From positions 1-61,010 of IMG/VR virus record IMGVR_UViG_3300032111_000012: a DNA stretch of 61,010 nt. One strand, 5' to 3'. This document shows positions 17,909 through 28,187 of this stretch, piece by piece. The notes under the pieces are model-generated. The model was not told where the DNA came from, made no database searches, and worked only from the letters and a program-made list of their open reading frames with translations. The number at the start of each line of letters is the position of its first letter. Position 1 is the first letter of the stretch. The translations under genes were made by a program, and so were the position numbers. Source of the DNA: a virus. Lineage: Duplodnaviria; Caudoviricetes.

Positions 17909-20174
17909 AATTCCACACCCCCGTTTCAGCCTGCTTGGCAGCCGTCACCATCTCTGTAATCCTGGTGTCTTCGACATATCTGGCCACTCTCATAAGCTCC
18001 TTGTCCTCTCTCATCTCTCGCTGCTCAAGCTCAGCCAACCGCCCCATTATCTCCCGAAATCTTTCCGCAATCAGGGCATTGGGATCATCCGTCAAGCCTA
18101 AGGTAACGCTGCGCTTAATCTTCGACCCTACAATCCGACGCTCGATCTCCTTGATCTCGTAATACCCAGCGGCGTTGTACTCAGGGAGATCGACGTAGAC
18201 GAAATCACCCGCCCGCACACTTGACTCCAAAATCTCCATTGAGCCGAACCCAACAGGAAAGGCCCGCTCCATAATGGTCTGACGGGCCAACTCTCTCGCC
18301 AAGGTGGGATCTTGGATTTTGGTGTCTACGATCCTGTACTCCACCCGGCCATATCGCCGAATGCTGGCCGCATCTTCATATAGCGCCATCACCGGCCTCT
18401 CATACTTAAACCCCCAAAGAAGAGAAGCCCCGTTAGCAGGTTTGTTATCCTCTCTCCAGATCACAGCAGCCCCATCTTCATCCAAGAGGCAATCAAAACT
18501 CCACTCATCATCCTGGTAGAGCTTGCCCATCGTCTGCAAGACCCCATTGACCTTAACGGAGATGGCTTTCCAGCTTTTCGGGATCTGATATGTCCTTCTG
18601 ATGCCATCAGCCGCCCAGGTTTCACTCCTGGCCTCAGAGAGCATCATTCCTCCAAACACCCGGACGACATTGGCGATCCGGGAATCCTGACCAAATCTGG
18701 CCGTCCCGGCCACCACGTTCTTGTTCGCCCTGGAGAAAGTCACGTCCTTGATGTTGGCCGACGGCGGGAAGAAGCGCAAGATGTACTCTGCACCGTTCCA
18801 CTCCACAAACCAACTCCAGCCACCTAACAGTTTAGCGATCTTCTCCGTAGACTCGAATAAAGACTCATATTTAAAGACAACCTTGGGGATGGTACGGTCA
18901 CCATCGACCACGACATAAGAGAGGTTGATCGGATACGGGTAATACTTAATCCACAATGTTTTCAAGATCTCGATGAGGGACTTGTTGGGCGTGATCAACT
19001 GACCCTGTTCGTCCCTCTCTTCTTCAAAAACCTCAACCACCTCGACATCATTGGCGGCATCGGACATATCCAAGACAGTGACATCCAACTGCCTGCCAAT
19101 GGTTGACTTCGCCCGGATCGGATTGCCCTTGATCCGGCCCGCGAAATACTCCGAATGCTGACCATCAACAAGGTACACCCTGACCTCTGCTCTCTGCACG
19201 GCCAGGGCCATCACCTCTGCCGATGGGTTAAGGATAGAGAACCGACACTCACTCGTTCGATCCCCCGAAGCATGGATGATGTGCAAGCCGGTAACCGGAA
19301 TGTTCACCCCATTTATCCAGACTTGAGACAGCACTTGCACCACCCTCCAATACACCGTATCAAACGCTCCAACATAATCACCAAGCCCCAGAACCGCCCT
19401 AAGCCTGGATTCATCCAAAATCCCGACCGCATCATCCGGTAACTGTCTGCCCAACCGACGATCCCCGATGGTATCATAAAGGTCCACAGCCTCATCAACT
19501 GCCGCCCTCATTCCTTTTGCGACCGAATCATCCAAAACCAGAGCCTCATCGATCACCTGCGCGATCTTCTTAGAGAGGTCATCCAAGAGATCCACCAGAT
19601 CTCCCGCCTGCCTTACCAGAACCAGGGATGTAATCAATTGATCAATCAAAGCAACTGGATCATCGATTAACTTACCGAACCGAGCTTGTAACACGTCCAA
19701 TAAGGCCGCTGCTTCCTCCTGTAAGGTGCCTATACGCATAGCGGTGGACTCAGATACCAAAGTGTCATCTGCAAGGGCTTTGAAGAAAGCCGCCATTACA
19801 TCATCCGATGTGGACAGCATTTCACCCAAAACCCTGGCGGCCTTGGCACGAACCTCATCACTAATCGTTGCGGCATCCTCGGCAAGCATCCCAACCCTAA
19901 GTTGGGTTAAGATGTCCACCACATCCAAAGCATCATCAACTTGATGAAGCAAGCCGATCCGCGTCACCAATTCATCGGTCAAAGACACCAGATCCGCTGT
20001 CTCTATTCCCACCTGCGCTTTAATGGCATCGATAAGGCTTACAACCTCGGCCTGCGCTCCTTTAACGGCAGAAGCCAAGAGATCACTGAGGTTTACGGTG
20101 TCGGCAGCAGATTGGGCATACTCAGTAACATCGAACTTGCCCTGATCGAAATAACTAACATCGAACTGCGCCAC
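17871..20174 (-). CDS. Minor tail (hub-like) protein with N-terminal acidic repeats
   Basis: Repeating DxVxLxD units, IANVVRVFGG, SIRRYG; downstream of TMP. Confidence 0.75.
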   Translation of the reverse strand: MAQFDVSYFDQGKFDVTEYAQSAADTVNLSDLLASAVKGAQAEVVSLIDAIKAQVGIETADLVSLTDELVTRIGLLHQVDDALDVVDILTQLRVGMLAEDAATISDEVRAKAARVLGEMLSTSDDVMAAFFKALADDTLVSESTAMRIGTLQEEAAALLDVLQARFGKLIDDPVALIDQLITSLVLVRQAGDLVDLLDDLSKKIAQVIDEALVLDDSVAKGMRAAVDEAVDLYDTIGDRRLGRQLPDDAVGILDESRLRAVLGLGDYVGAFDTVYWRVVQVLSQVWINGVNIPVTGLHIIHASGDRTSECRFSILNPSAEVMALAVQRAEVRVYLVDGQHSEYFAGRIKGNPIRAKSTIGRQLDVTVLDMSDAANDVEVVEVFEEERDEQGQLITPNKSLIEILKTLWIKYYPYPINLSYVVVDGDRTIPKVVFKYESLFESTEKIAKLLGGWSWFVEWNGAEYILRFFPPSANIKDVTFSRANKNVVAGTARFGQDSRIANVVRVFGGMMLSEARSETWAADGIRRTYQIPKSWKAISVKVNGVLQTMGKLYQDDEWSFDCLLDEDGAAVIWREDNKPANGASLLWGFKYERPVMALYEDAASIRRYGRVEYRIVDTKIQDPTLARELARQTIMERAFPVGFGSMEILESSVRAGDFVYVDLPEYNAAGYYEIKEIERRIVGSKIKRSVTLGLTDDPNALIAERFREIMGRLAELEQREMREDKELMRVARYVEDTRITEMVTAAKQAETGVWNFDAARFGYSEFA

Positions 20175-20192
20175 ACCACCACCCCCGACCTA

Positions 20193-20702
20193 CTAACCAA
20201 TCGTATACGTCCAAGTAAGCTCCAGCGTGTCATTGGCCCCTTTGTTGATCGCCGCAAAGGTAACCCTGCTATACAAGCTGCCCCCCGAAGAAGCATTGAG
20301 AATGCCCGCCTCAGTGATGGCACCGGTACCGTTCCCGGCCCCGAATGACCCGATCATCGTGACCACGTTGTTGCTCCTGGTCTTGCTTGAGAAGGCAACG
20401 CGAGTGCCGACCTCGGCCTGAAGGGCCGTATCCCCGACTACCGGAGTCGTGGTACCGGTTCCAATTGCCATATGTGACGGTTTGGCGATTGAAGGAGTAG
20501 CCAAAAGCTGATCCGCAATCCCATACTTGCCATTGTCAACGACTAGATTAGCAACCGCCCTGAGCTGCTTTTTGACTCTGCCCTTCTTATCCCGGAGAAC
20601 AATGTCAACGACTCCCCGGACGAAGCTCTCTGACGCAAACATCTCCTGGGCCACAAACACTCTCTCCCTTCTTGCCGGAAATGAGAAGGCCCGCCGGTTC
20701 AT
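20193..20702 (-). CDS. Minor tail protein
   Basis: NLVVDNG...AIGTGTT...DTAL...ITEAGI...INK; start may be ~20642. Confidence 0.75.
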   Translation of the reverse strand: MNRRAFSFPARRERVFVAQEMFASESFVRGVVDIVLRDKKGRVKKQLRAVANLVVDNGKYGIADQLLATPSIAKPSHMAIGTGTTTPVVGDTALQAEVGTRVAFSSKTRSNNVVTMIGSFGAGNGTGAITEAGILNASSGGSLYSRVTFAAINKGANDTLELTWTYTIG

Positions 20703-20782
20703 CCGGTCGGGCCTGATCTCCTCTTATGAGTCTGATTCTTACGCTGCTCGTGATTCGCATCTTGTCATTGACCGCCCCCATA

Positions 20783-23700
20783 TCACTTGCCGAACCTCCT
20801 CAACACTCTGAGGATTTTGTTTCCCGCCTCGGTGCCATCCTGGAAGATGTTATCATGGACATCCACCTGGACAATGGTGCCCGACACCTGAGAACCTGTA
20901 GCTAAAGCAGGTACGGCAAACTGACCGGTCGGCACCATCGCCTCGCCAACAATGCGGGCTATCCTCTCCAAATCCGGCAAACTGGACTCGATCCCCTTGA
21001 TGAAAGAAGCCATCATGTTCGGCCCCCAATCCTCGACGAACCGACCCGGCCCTTTCTCGGTCGGAGACTCAAACCCAAGATAGGCATCAATGGCAGCGGC
21101 AATGTCTTGTAAAGCGTCAATTAAAGCCCCATACTTGCTTTCGATGCCTGCGATGAATGAGGACATCAAATTACGACCCCAGCTATAAGCCGACGCCTGC
21201 TGATCCTCAAAGGTCTGCTTGACTGCGTTAAGGTGCCCTTGGACAGTGGTTCTGATCACTGACCATTGTGTGGAAGTAACCGCCTGCAAGATCCCTAACT
21301 GCGTTTTGGTCTGTCCGACAATGTTCGTCAATGTGGCCTGGTTACTGGTCTGCATCTGCGCCCCGGTCTGCTTTTGGGTGGTCGCTATCATGGTCATCGC
21401 CCCGGTAGCATCCATTTGAACACTACCCCAGACCTCTTGGTTTTTCTTTTTCAACTCTTCTTCAAGCTCGGTGATCCGCCTCGTCAACTGCTCAATCTCC
21501 GCGCTTGCCCTTTCCCGGATCTCTGCCGAATTTCTTTCCCATTCAGCTTTATACTCCTGGAGTTTGGCGGCAGTCTGATCCTTTAGCGCCTGGATCTGGG
21601 CTTCCACTTCCGGCCAGAGGTAAGCCATCTGATCCGCAGCCGTCTGATTGGCAAGTTGCCACTTCTGCTCCCAAAGAGCCTGGAACTCAGCCAGCTCCTC
21701 GTCCGTCATTTGTGTTAAGGATAAAATCTGCCCTGCGGCGGCAGGTCCCATCTCTTCAAGCTCTCGCAGAAGTTTCTCACTGATGCCCCGGCCAGCCAAC
21801 TCTTCCAAACCATCTCTCCACTGCTGGAGAGCATTAACCTGGCCCTGCAACTGGCCGATCAATTGCTTGCTGCTCATCGCTATCATTTCAGGGACAGTCT
21901 CAAACAGGCCGACCCAGTCGTAAATGGCTGCTGCCCGATCATCGACCTGCCGTTTGTATTCGTCCGTCAGCCGCTTCTCTTCGTCGGCAAGCTCCTGATT
22001 GATGTCTCGAACTTGATCTAGGTAGTCTTTACGGGCCTGAGCCAAATCAAAAGCCATCTGCTCCTCGACATCCCGAAGCTGATCCTTGTAATCATCAAGC
22101 TCGGCCTTGATTTCCTTGATGGCTTTCTTCTGCTCCTCGAAAGACCTGTTTGCCTCATCGACCTCGGCAGCCAATTCAGCCAAGGCTTTCTCTTCCTGCC
22201 TGAGAGTAACGAGGTAATCCTGGGCCTCAGCCGATGTTTCGCCATAGACCCTGACCGCAGCCTCATAAGCCCTTGTGGCCTTACTTACCCTGGATGCCTG
22301 CTCGACCTGGGCCGCAGCCAGATAAGCCATCTTGCGCTGGTATCTCTCAACTTCACTTCCAGCAACATCAAGAACAGCCATATCCCTTTCAAACTCGGCT
22401 CGAAGGACATCCATCCCCTTGCCGAAATCCGTCATCGCCTGTCCGGCTTGCTCGAACTCCTTGCCCAACTCAACTAGGGCTTTCTTTTCCTGGAGCAACT
22501 GCAACTCCAAAGCCCTGGATTCCTCAGCGTTCACTCCCTTTGCCGCCACCATCTGCTGGTAGGCTTCCGTAACCTTGGCGATCCTGGCCTCAAGCTCGGC
22601 CTTTGCCGCAGTCAAGTATTCAGCCTGGACTGCGGCCTTTTGTTCAGCTGTAGCATTTTCGCCTAACTGTGCCAGCGCCAATTCATACTTGGCCCTGATC
22701 ACATCCAAGCCATGCCCCAGATCCACCAAAGCGTCATTTGCGGCCTTGGCCTGTTTGCCAGTATCTCCGAATAAGCTGGACATGTCGCCGTCCTCGAACT
22801 CGTCCAACTCATCCCCCAAATTGCTCAGCGTCCCCGCCAGAGCCGTCATTTGCTCCGATGCCCCTTCTTTGAAATGCAAGGATTCCTGGAGCTTCCTGAT
22901 CTCGGCATTAAACTTAGCAATCTCAGCCTGTCGCTCCTTGCCATACAACTCTTCCAGGAGTTGTTCATTGCGGCGTAGCTGTTCTTCCATGTCAGCAACC
23001 AAGCTCTCGTCACCGATGGCCCTTCCAAACTTCAATAACCCCCTCTGAAAAGCCATCACGCCACGAGTCATCTTCTCAAAGAACTTGCCCTGGATTGAAT
23101 AAGCCTTGGACTCTGACTCAATAGCCTTAATCCGTTGCCTCGTCTGCTCGATCTTGTGCAGCGTCATTTCATCCTCGGCCTTGATGCTTGCTTCCAACGC
23201 CGCCTGCTCTGCTTGGAGCTTGATCTGGAGACTGTCAACCTCAACTCCTATTGCTTTCCGGGTGTCCTTGGCATTCCTGATCCGAGCCACGGCTTCTTCC
23301 CCGATAGCTCCGGCCAGGATCTTTTCAATCTCGGTTATTCTCATCTTGACCTTCTCGGATTCGACCGCCGAAAACCTCTCATCTCTCATCCGGTCTTTGA
23401 GGACAGCATACTCTTCACCCAGTTGCTCCAACGCCCCGATCCCGGTCTGGTAAGTATCGATCTGGGCTTCGTGGGCATCTTTCTCGGCTTTCAACTGCGC
23501 AATCCGGGCCGCCGTGGAATCCGCAGCCTCTTCCTGGGCCTGCTTGTACTTCTGCCACGCTGGAATCCCAACTGCCAAAGCCGCCGACAATGCCAACAGC
23601 GCCCACCCCACCGGCCCAATGGAAGCAGCCGTGGTCTGAAAGGCAGTACGCACAGCGATCAAAGCCACTCTCATCTGGGCCATCCCGGCCACGATATTCG

Positions 23701-24979
23701 GGATGTACCCAATAACCAACAGCAACGGCCCCGCCAAAAGCAAAAGGCCGGTGCCCAATGCGGCAGTAACGGCCACAATCTTCTGTGTCTCGGTGCTCAA
23801 GCTGTTATACCAAGACAGTAGCTTGGTCAACTGATCAGCGAACCACCGGATGGTCGGCTCCAGCTTTTCCCCAAAAGCAATCGCAACGCCTTCTGCGGCA
23901 GATGACAACTGCACCATCGTCCCCTTGAGGTTGTCCAACTGCTGTTTAGCGATCCTTTCAGCCGTACCTCCGGATAATTCCATCATCTTCGCCATCCGAC
24001 CGAAAGCCTCTGACCCACCCTCAACCAAGGCCATCATTCCGGTCACGGCCTCAATGCCGAAGATCTTGGAGAAAGACGCCGCCTTTTGAGCCTGCGTCCA
24101 CCCCTCAGTCCCTTCCTGAAGCCGACGAAGGATCTCCACCATCGGGAGCATCTTGCCCTGGGCGTCGATTGTGACCAGGCCCATCTTTTCCATTTCAGCG
24201 CGGGCCATCCTGGGCGGTTTCACAAGCCGCAGCAACGCCATTCGGAGCGTAGTACCCGCCTGGCTGCCTTTGATGCCCGCATTGCCCATCAAGCCAACAG
24301 CCGCCGCCGTCTCTTCCAAGGAGATCCCCAACGTCCGGGCCACAGGAGCAACATACTTCATCGACTCCCCGAGATCCATTAAAGCCACGTTGGTCGATAC
24401 CTGGGCCTGGGTAAGAACGTCAGCCACCCTCCCGGATTCCTTTGCCGCCAATCCAAACCCCATCAGCACGCTGGATACGATGTCGGCAGTGTTCGCCAAA
24501 TCCTCGGCTCCTGCGGCTGCGGCATCCAAAAGCCCCGGCATCGCAGCAATGATCTCGCTGGTCTTAAACCCCGACTGCGCCAAGAACTGCATAGCGTCAG
24601 AAGCTTGTTTGGCTGAATAAACGGTGGTAGCCCCCAGCCTCTTAGCCTCATCCCTCAACTTTTTCAATTCGACCTGGGTGGCCTGGGCCAGCGACCCGAC
24701 ACGGCTGACCGAATAGCCGAAATCCATCGCCACTTTGGTCATATACCCCAAACCAGCACCCGCTACAACACCAGCCGCAGTCATTTTCATCCCGACTGCC
24801 CGAAGAGACTCGGATACCTGCGTAAATGCCTTGGTAGCCGACTTCGATGCTTCTTCAGTGAGCTTCTGAACTGAGGCGGCTCCTCTTCTCAACTCAGCCT
24901 CTGCCGCCGCCACATCAGTTTTTAGCTTAGCAAGACTAATCCTGAACTCGGAATAAATGCTCCCCAACTTCTCAGACAT
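20783..24979 (-). CDS. Tail tape measure protein (TP901-type)
   Basis: LGATT.YSA.QA..AMQFLAQSG, GIKGSQAGTTLR core, TM segments, long coiled coils; start MSEKLG. Confidence 0.95.
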   Translation of the reverse strand: MSEKLGSIYSEFRISLAKLKTDVAAAEAELRRGAASVQKLTEEASKSATKAFTQVSESLRAVGMKMTAAGVVAGAGLGYMTKVAMDFGYSVSRVGSLAQATQVELKKLRDEAKRLGATTVYSAKQASDAMQFLAQSGFKTSEIIAAMPGLLDAAAAGAEDLANTADIVSSVLMGFGLAAKESGRVADVLTQAQVSTNVALMDLGESMKYVAPVARTLGISLEETAAAVGLMGNAGIKGSQAGTTLRMALLRLVKPPRMARAEMEKMGLVTIDAQGKMLPMVEILRRLQEGTEGWTQAQKAASFSKIFGIEAVTGMMALVEGGSEAFGRMAKMMELSGGTAERIAKQQLDNLKGTMVQLSSAAEGVAIAFGEKLEPTIRWFADQLTKLLSWYNSLSTETQKIVAVTAALGTGLLLLAGPLLLVIGYIPNIVAGMAQMRVALIAVRTAFQTTAASIGPVGWALLALSAALAVGIPAWQKYKQAQEEAADSTAARIAQLKAEKDAHEAQIDTYQTGIGALEQLGEEYAVLKDRMRDERFSAVESEKVKMRITEIEKILAGAIGEEAVARIRNAKDTRKAIGVEVDSLQIKLQAEQAALEASIKAEDEMTLHKIEQTRQRIKAIESESKAYSIQGKFFEKMTRGVMAFQRGLLKFGRAIGDESLVADMEEQLRRNEQLLEELYGKERQAEIAKFNAEIRKLQESLHFKEGASEQMTALAGTLSNLGDELDEFEDGDMSSLFGDTGKQAKAANDALVDLGHGLDVIRAKYELALAQLGENATAEQKAAVQAEYLTAAKAELEARIAKVTEAYQQMVAAKGVNAEESRALELQLLQEKKALVELGKEFEQAGQAMTDFGKGMDVLRAEFERDMAVLDVAGSEVERYQRKMAYLAAAQVEQASRVSKATRAYEAAVRVYGETSAEAQDYLVTLRQEEKALAELAAEVDEANRSFEEQKKAIKEIKAELDDYKDQLRDVEEQMAFDLAQARKDYLDQVRDINQELADEEKRLTDEYKRQVDDRAAAIYDWVGLFETVPEMIAMSSKQLIGQLQGQVNALQQWRDGLEELAGRGISEKLLRELEEMGPAAAGQILSLTQMTDEELAEFQALWEQKWQLANQTAADQMAYLWPEVEAQIQALKDQTAAKLQEYKAEWERNSAEIRERASAEIEQLTRRITELEEELKKKNQEVWGSVQMDATGAMTMIATTQKQTGAQMQTSNQATLTNIVGQTKTQLGILQAVTSTQWSVIRTTVQGHLNAVKQTFEDQQASAYSWGRNLMSSFIAGIESKYGALIDALQDIAAAIDAYLGFESPTEKGPGRFVEDWGPNMMASFIKGIESSLPDLERIARIVGEAMVPTGQFAVPALATGSQVSGTIVQVDVHDNIFQDGTEAGNKILRVLRRFGK

Positions 24980-25084
24980 CCGACCACCCCCAGACAACAA
25001 ACAGACAACAAAAAAGGGAACTTCCGCTCCCCTGGCAATCGTGGTATAATTTCCCCTCAAACAGCACGCTAAGGAGGTGACAAT

Positions 25085-25498
25085 ATGCGACTATGGATCA
25101 TCCTCTTGATCCTGCTTCTAGGGGTTAGCAGCGGCCTTCTAGGGTGCTCTTCCGGGCCTGCCTCAACCCCCACAAGCACGACCACCCCGACCCAGATAAA
25201 AGGATCGGACTGCGCCAGATACCTCAAAGTGATCGAACTGCGGAAAGAAGAAGGTACAAATAACCTCTATGGCCGAGTGCAAAACATCTCCACGCAACGC
25301 ATTGACGGCGGCTTCCTGATTGTCTACCTGCTGGATGCCAATAATCAACCAATCGCCGACACCATCTTCCCGATCCCCGAACTGGAGCCGAACTACATCA
25401 AAGAATACACAATGCCGACCACTTGCGGCTCACCGCCCGAATGGACGGGTGAGGTGGGCTGGGAGTGGGACTATCTTGATTTGCCAGCATCCCAATAG
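25085..25498 (+). CDS. Secreted lipoprotein moron (FxLYD-like domain)
   Basis: Signal peptide with LLGC lipobox, TGGTATAAT promoter and AAGGAGGTGA SD upstream, opposite strand to tail operon. Confidence 0.8.
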   Translation: MRLWIILLILLLGVSSGLLGCSSGPASTPTSTTTPTQIKGSDCARYLKVIELRKEEGTNNLYGRVQNISTQRIDGGFLIVYLLDANNQPIADTIFPIPELEPNYIKEYTMPTTCGSPPEWTGEVGWEWDYLDLPASQ

Positions 25499-25500
25499 AC

Positions 25501-25530
25501 AAAAAGAGGCGCAATTGCTGCGCCTCTTTT
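25501..25530. terminator. Bidirectional intrinsic terminator
   Basis: AAAAAGAGGCGCA-ATTGC-TGCGCCTCTTTTT. Confidence 0.8.
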
Positions 25531-25756
25531 ATTGTCTTGGCGGTCTAGGCGGGAGAGGCAACGTCCACTCCTGCCCCTTGCCTTGGCCCTGTCCTCCATC
25601 CCGATCTGCCTCTTGTTTAATCTGCGAATACTTGACAGCAGCAGCGATATCCAGAGCATAAGCCGTGGTATCCTCAATCCCTGGCAAAAAATCACTAGGA
25701 CGACAACCCCACGTCTTTGCTGCCAGAATCAGTCCCAGAAACCCCGGCCCCCGCAC
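25529..25756 (-). CDS. Tail assembly chaperone, frameshift extension (gpT-like)
   Basis: +1 frame relative to 25695..26156; WGCRPSDFL...AYALDIAAA motif. Confidence 0.7.
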   Translation of the reverse strand: MRGPGFLGLILAAKTWGCRPSDFLPGIEDTTAYALDIAAAVKYSQIKQEADRDGGQGQGKGQEWTLPLPPRPPRQ

Positions 25757-26156
25757 GAAAGGGCAGCAACTCTCTCTGCTCCCCCATTGCCCAATTAAAA
25801 ATCTCCATTTTTTGCTGAAAGGTCATTGGGAGAACCTTCTGGATGTCCTTGAAAGCAGGCTCAATAAGGGATGCCTCGGCCACCGCATCCAGCACCCTCT
25901 CCATCGACTCCCACCCGCCGTCCTCGGCTTGCCCCACTGTTTCCTTAACCTTTGCCTCAACCTTTTGCTTATCATCGATAACCCCCATAAACTCGTTGGG
26001 AGCAAAACCGACCTTCTTCAATAAAGCAATCAGATCCGGCCTTCTCACCCTGACCTTAATCTTGCCCCCCGGCTCCCAATCCGGGATATCGATAACCGTG
26101 CCGGAAGCCCGCTGCTTAATCTCCTGAATGGTGATCACCTTATCAGCCACGTCCAA
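25695..26156 (-). CDS. Tail assembly chaperone (gpG-like)
   Basis: Between tail tube genes and TMP; ends LLPFR. Confidence 0.8.
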   Translation of the reverse strand: MDVADKVITIQEIKQRASGTVIDIPDWEPGGKIKVRVRRPDLIALLKKVGFAPNEFMGVIDDKQKVEAKVKETVGQAEDGGWESMERVLDAVAEASLIEPAFKDIQKVLPMTFQQKMEIFNWAMGEQRELLPFRAGAGVSGTDSGSKDVGLSS

Positions 26157-26169
26157 TTCTATACCCCCA

Positions 26170-26775
26170 TTATCCTGCCGATGCTGGCAGGGAATTTACG
26201 AACTCAGTGTTATACGGCCCATCCGATCCCCCAGGATGGTTCCGGGCCTTAATGGTGTATGACAGATCCACGAATTTCCCTTGCGCCACGCCAATGTCTC
26301 CTGGGATGGCACGGCAAAAAGGGAAGGTAAATCGAATATAACCCTCTTGCTGCCCTGTGCCATTAAAATGCCGGACAAACAACTGAAGCCGGAAAAACTT
26401 CTGCTGTGTTATCTGGGTACCCAAAGTTGGTGACCGCCATCCGATAGCATCTGCCCCAGACTCTGTACTCTGGGTGATCAAATTGCCTTTCAGCATGATG
26501 TCCTGGGCCGGGAGATCCAGGCGGGCATTTTTAAGCTCCAAATCCACTCCCAAAAGCGTGTCATCTTCCTCCTCGAAAGCAATCACGCCGCCCCCGTCAA
26601 CCTTTGTGACTTCTTCCTCTCCTTGCTCGATGAGCATCTTGATCCCAATCTCCTGCGGGACATCGATCCAATACTCCTCAGCCCCGATAATAGGGTTTCC
26701 CTGAGCATCCAAAGGCAGGATGACGGCCCCCCGGCACCCAAACAAGATCCCTTTCTTGGTCTGAATGATCGGCAT
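26170..26775 (-). CDS. Tail tube protein paralog 2
   Basis: Aligns along its length with 26812..27399. Confidence 0.7.
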   Translation of the reverse strand: MPIIQTKKGILFGCRGAVILPLDAQGNPIIGAEEYWIDVPQEIGIKMLIEQGEEEVTKVDGGGVIAFEEEDDTLLGVDLELKNARLDLPAQDIMLKGNLITQSTESGADAIGWRSPTLGTQITQQKFFRLQLFVRHFNGTGQQEGYIRFTFPFCRAIPGDIGVAQGKFVDLSYTIKARNHPGGSDGPYNTEFVNSLPASAG

Positions 26776-26811
26776 AGGGCCGTCACCTCTCCTTCCTTGA
26801 CAATTAGCAAC

Positions 26812-27399
26812 TTAGCCTGTCGCTTCGGGCGGCAGGGTAGACACGAACTGCGGCACCCAAGCCGGGCCAACAACACTTGGATTTTCCCGACCTTTAATGA
26901 CTACGCCCGGAGTGGCAAAGCTCTGGTCAGCATGCTCAAAATCACCCATCGACGCTTTACAGAACCCCAAAGTGTGCTTGATGTACCCGTCCAGCGTGCC
27001 GGTTGCGTCATAATTCTGGGCATACAATTCAACCTTGAACCTCGGACTGCTGGTTTGCTGCTCAGCGACCGTGGGCGGTGTCCATCCCACCGTATCACCG
27101 CCATCAGTAATCAGAGAGCCCCCCAGCATTAGCTGCTGCGCCTCGAAATTGAACCGGGCATCGGTAAAGTCCAGATCCATCCCGATAACAACATCCGGCT
27201 CTTCAATCTTGCAGAGAACCCTGTCGCCACCCCGATGAGTTGCACTCTCACCCTCTTCAACCGACGCCGAAAAACCCACCTTGGTCGGCGTGTTCACCCA
27301 GATTTTCGTCGGAACGGCAGGTGTAGTGCCATCGGCATTGAGTTGAGTGATCAGCATCCCTAGCACGCCATAGATATAACCCTTCTTGGCCTGGGCCAT
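26812..27399 (-). CDS. Major tail tube protein paralog 1
   Basis: Position, size and beta-rich composition. Confidence 0.75.
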   Translation of the reverse strand: MAQAKKGYIYGVLGMLITQLNADGTTPAVPTKIWVNTPTKVGFSASVEEGESATHRGGDRVLCKIEEPDVVIGMDLDFTDARFNFEAQQLMLGGSLITDGGDTVGWTPPTVAEQQTSSPRFKVELYAQNYDATGTLDGYIKHTLGFCKASMGDFEHADQSFATPGVVIKGRENPSVVGPAWVPQFVSTLPPEATG

Positions 27400-27431
27400 G
27401 GATTATCCCCCCTTATTCCTGATTACCCGCC

Positions 27432-27758
27432 TTACGCCCTGATGGCGGCCACTGTGACGCTGGTAACGTCGCTGTAAGCGACCGCTACCTTGCCATCGGC
27501 ATCATTGAAACGGGCCTTTTCAAACGGGCCGATCATCTTCTCCGATCCGGCAGCAACCGTGACCTGGATATTATGATCGAAACCCTGATTGCACTGCACC
27601 CTGGAGTCAATCGTGACAATGATGGACGCGCCCCCGCCGTTCTTGATGTACAGCATAGTGCGCCCATCATTCGAGAACTTGTCACCGCCAGCCGATGCAG
27701 CCGAAAAGGCCGGGGCCAAACCAGCCATGGTAACAGGCTGGATGTTGAGGTCGGCCAT
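27432..27758 (-). CDS. Virion structural protein
   Basis: GDKFSNDG...LYIKNG...IGPF motif; tail operon. Confidence 0.65.
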   Translation of the reverse strand: MADLNIQPVTMAGLAPAFSAASAGGDKFSNDGRTMLYIKNGGGASIIVTIDSRVQCNQGFDHNIQVTVAAGSEKMIGPFEKARFNDADGKVAVAYSDVTSVTVAAIRA

Positions 27759-27770
27759 CCTCTTCCCCCC

Positions 27771-28184
27771 CTATGCGATATTAGGACGCTCCATAATCCG
27801 AACCGCCTGGAACCTGACGAGTTTCCCGATCAAATTCTTCTGCGGATCATTGAAATCCCCGAACCCTGGTAACCACCTAAGCTGATAGACCCTGCCGGTT
27901 TGAGGATCGGCTATTGGAACGCCCTGGAGAGCTTGAATGACTTGCCCTTCAAGCTCATCCAGAGAAACGAACGATAGGGGCTTGCCATACAGACGAACCT
28001 CGACTGCCGGGAACCCGATCCAAGGAATATTGACATCTCCCCTCTCGTCCCCGACCTTCACGGTTACATAAGGTGCTACGGCATCAACAGGTGCTAAGAA
28101 CGCCTGATAGACCCTGCCCCCGACAGACGGCAAAGCCGCCTTGATTCTCTCAATGGCTGCCCTGCGTAAAGACAAGATTATCAC
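27771..28184 (-). CDS. Tail terminator/completion protein
   Basis: GGRVY...APYVTV; position. Confidence 0.7.
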   Translation of the reverse strand: MIILSLRRAAIERIKAALPSVGGRVYQAFLAPVDAVAPYVTVKVGDERGDVNIPWIGFPAVEVRLYGKPLSFVSLDELEGQVIQALQGVPIADPQTGRVYQLRWLPGFGDFNDPQKNLIGKLVRFQAVRIMERPNIA

Positions 28185-28187
28185 CCC

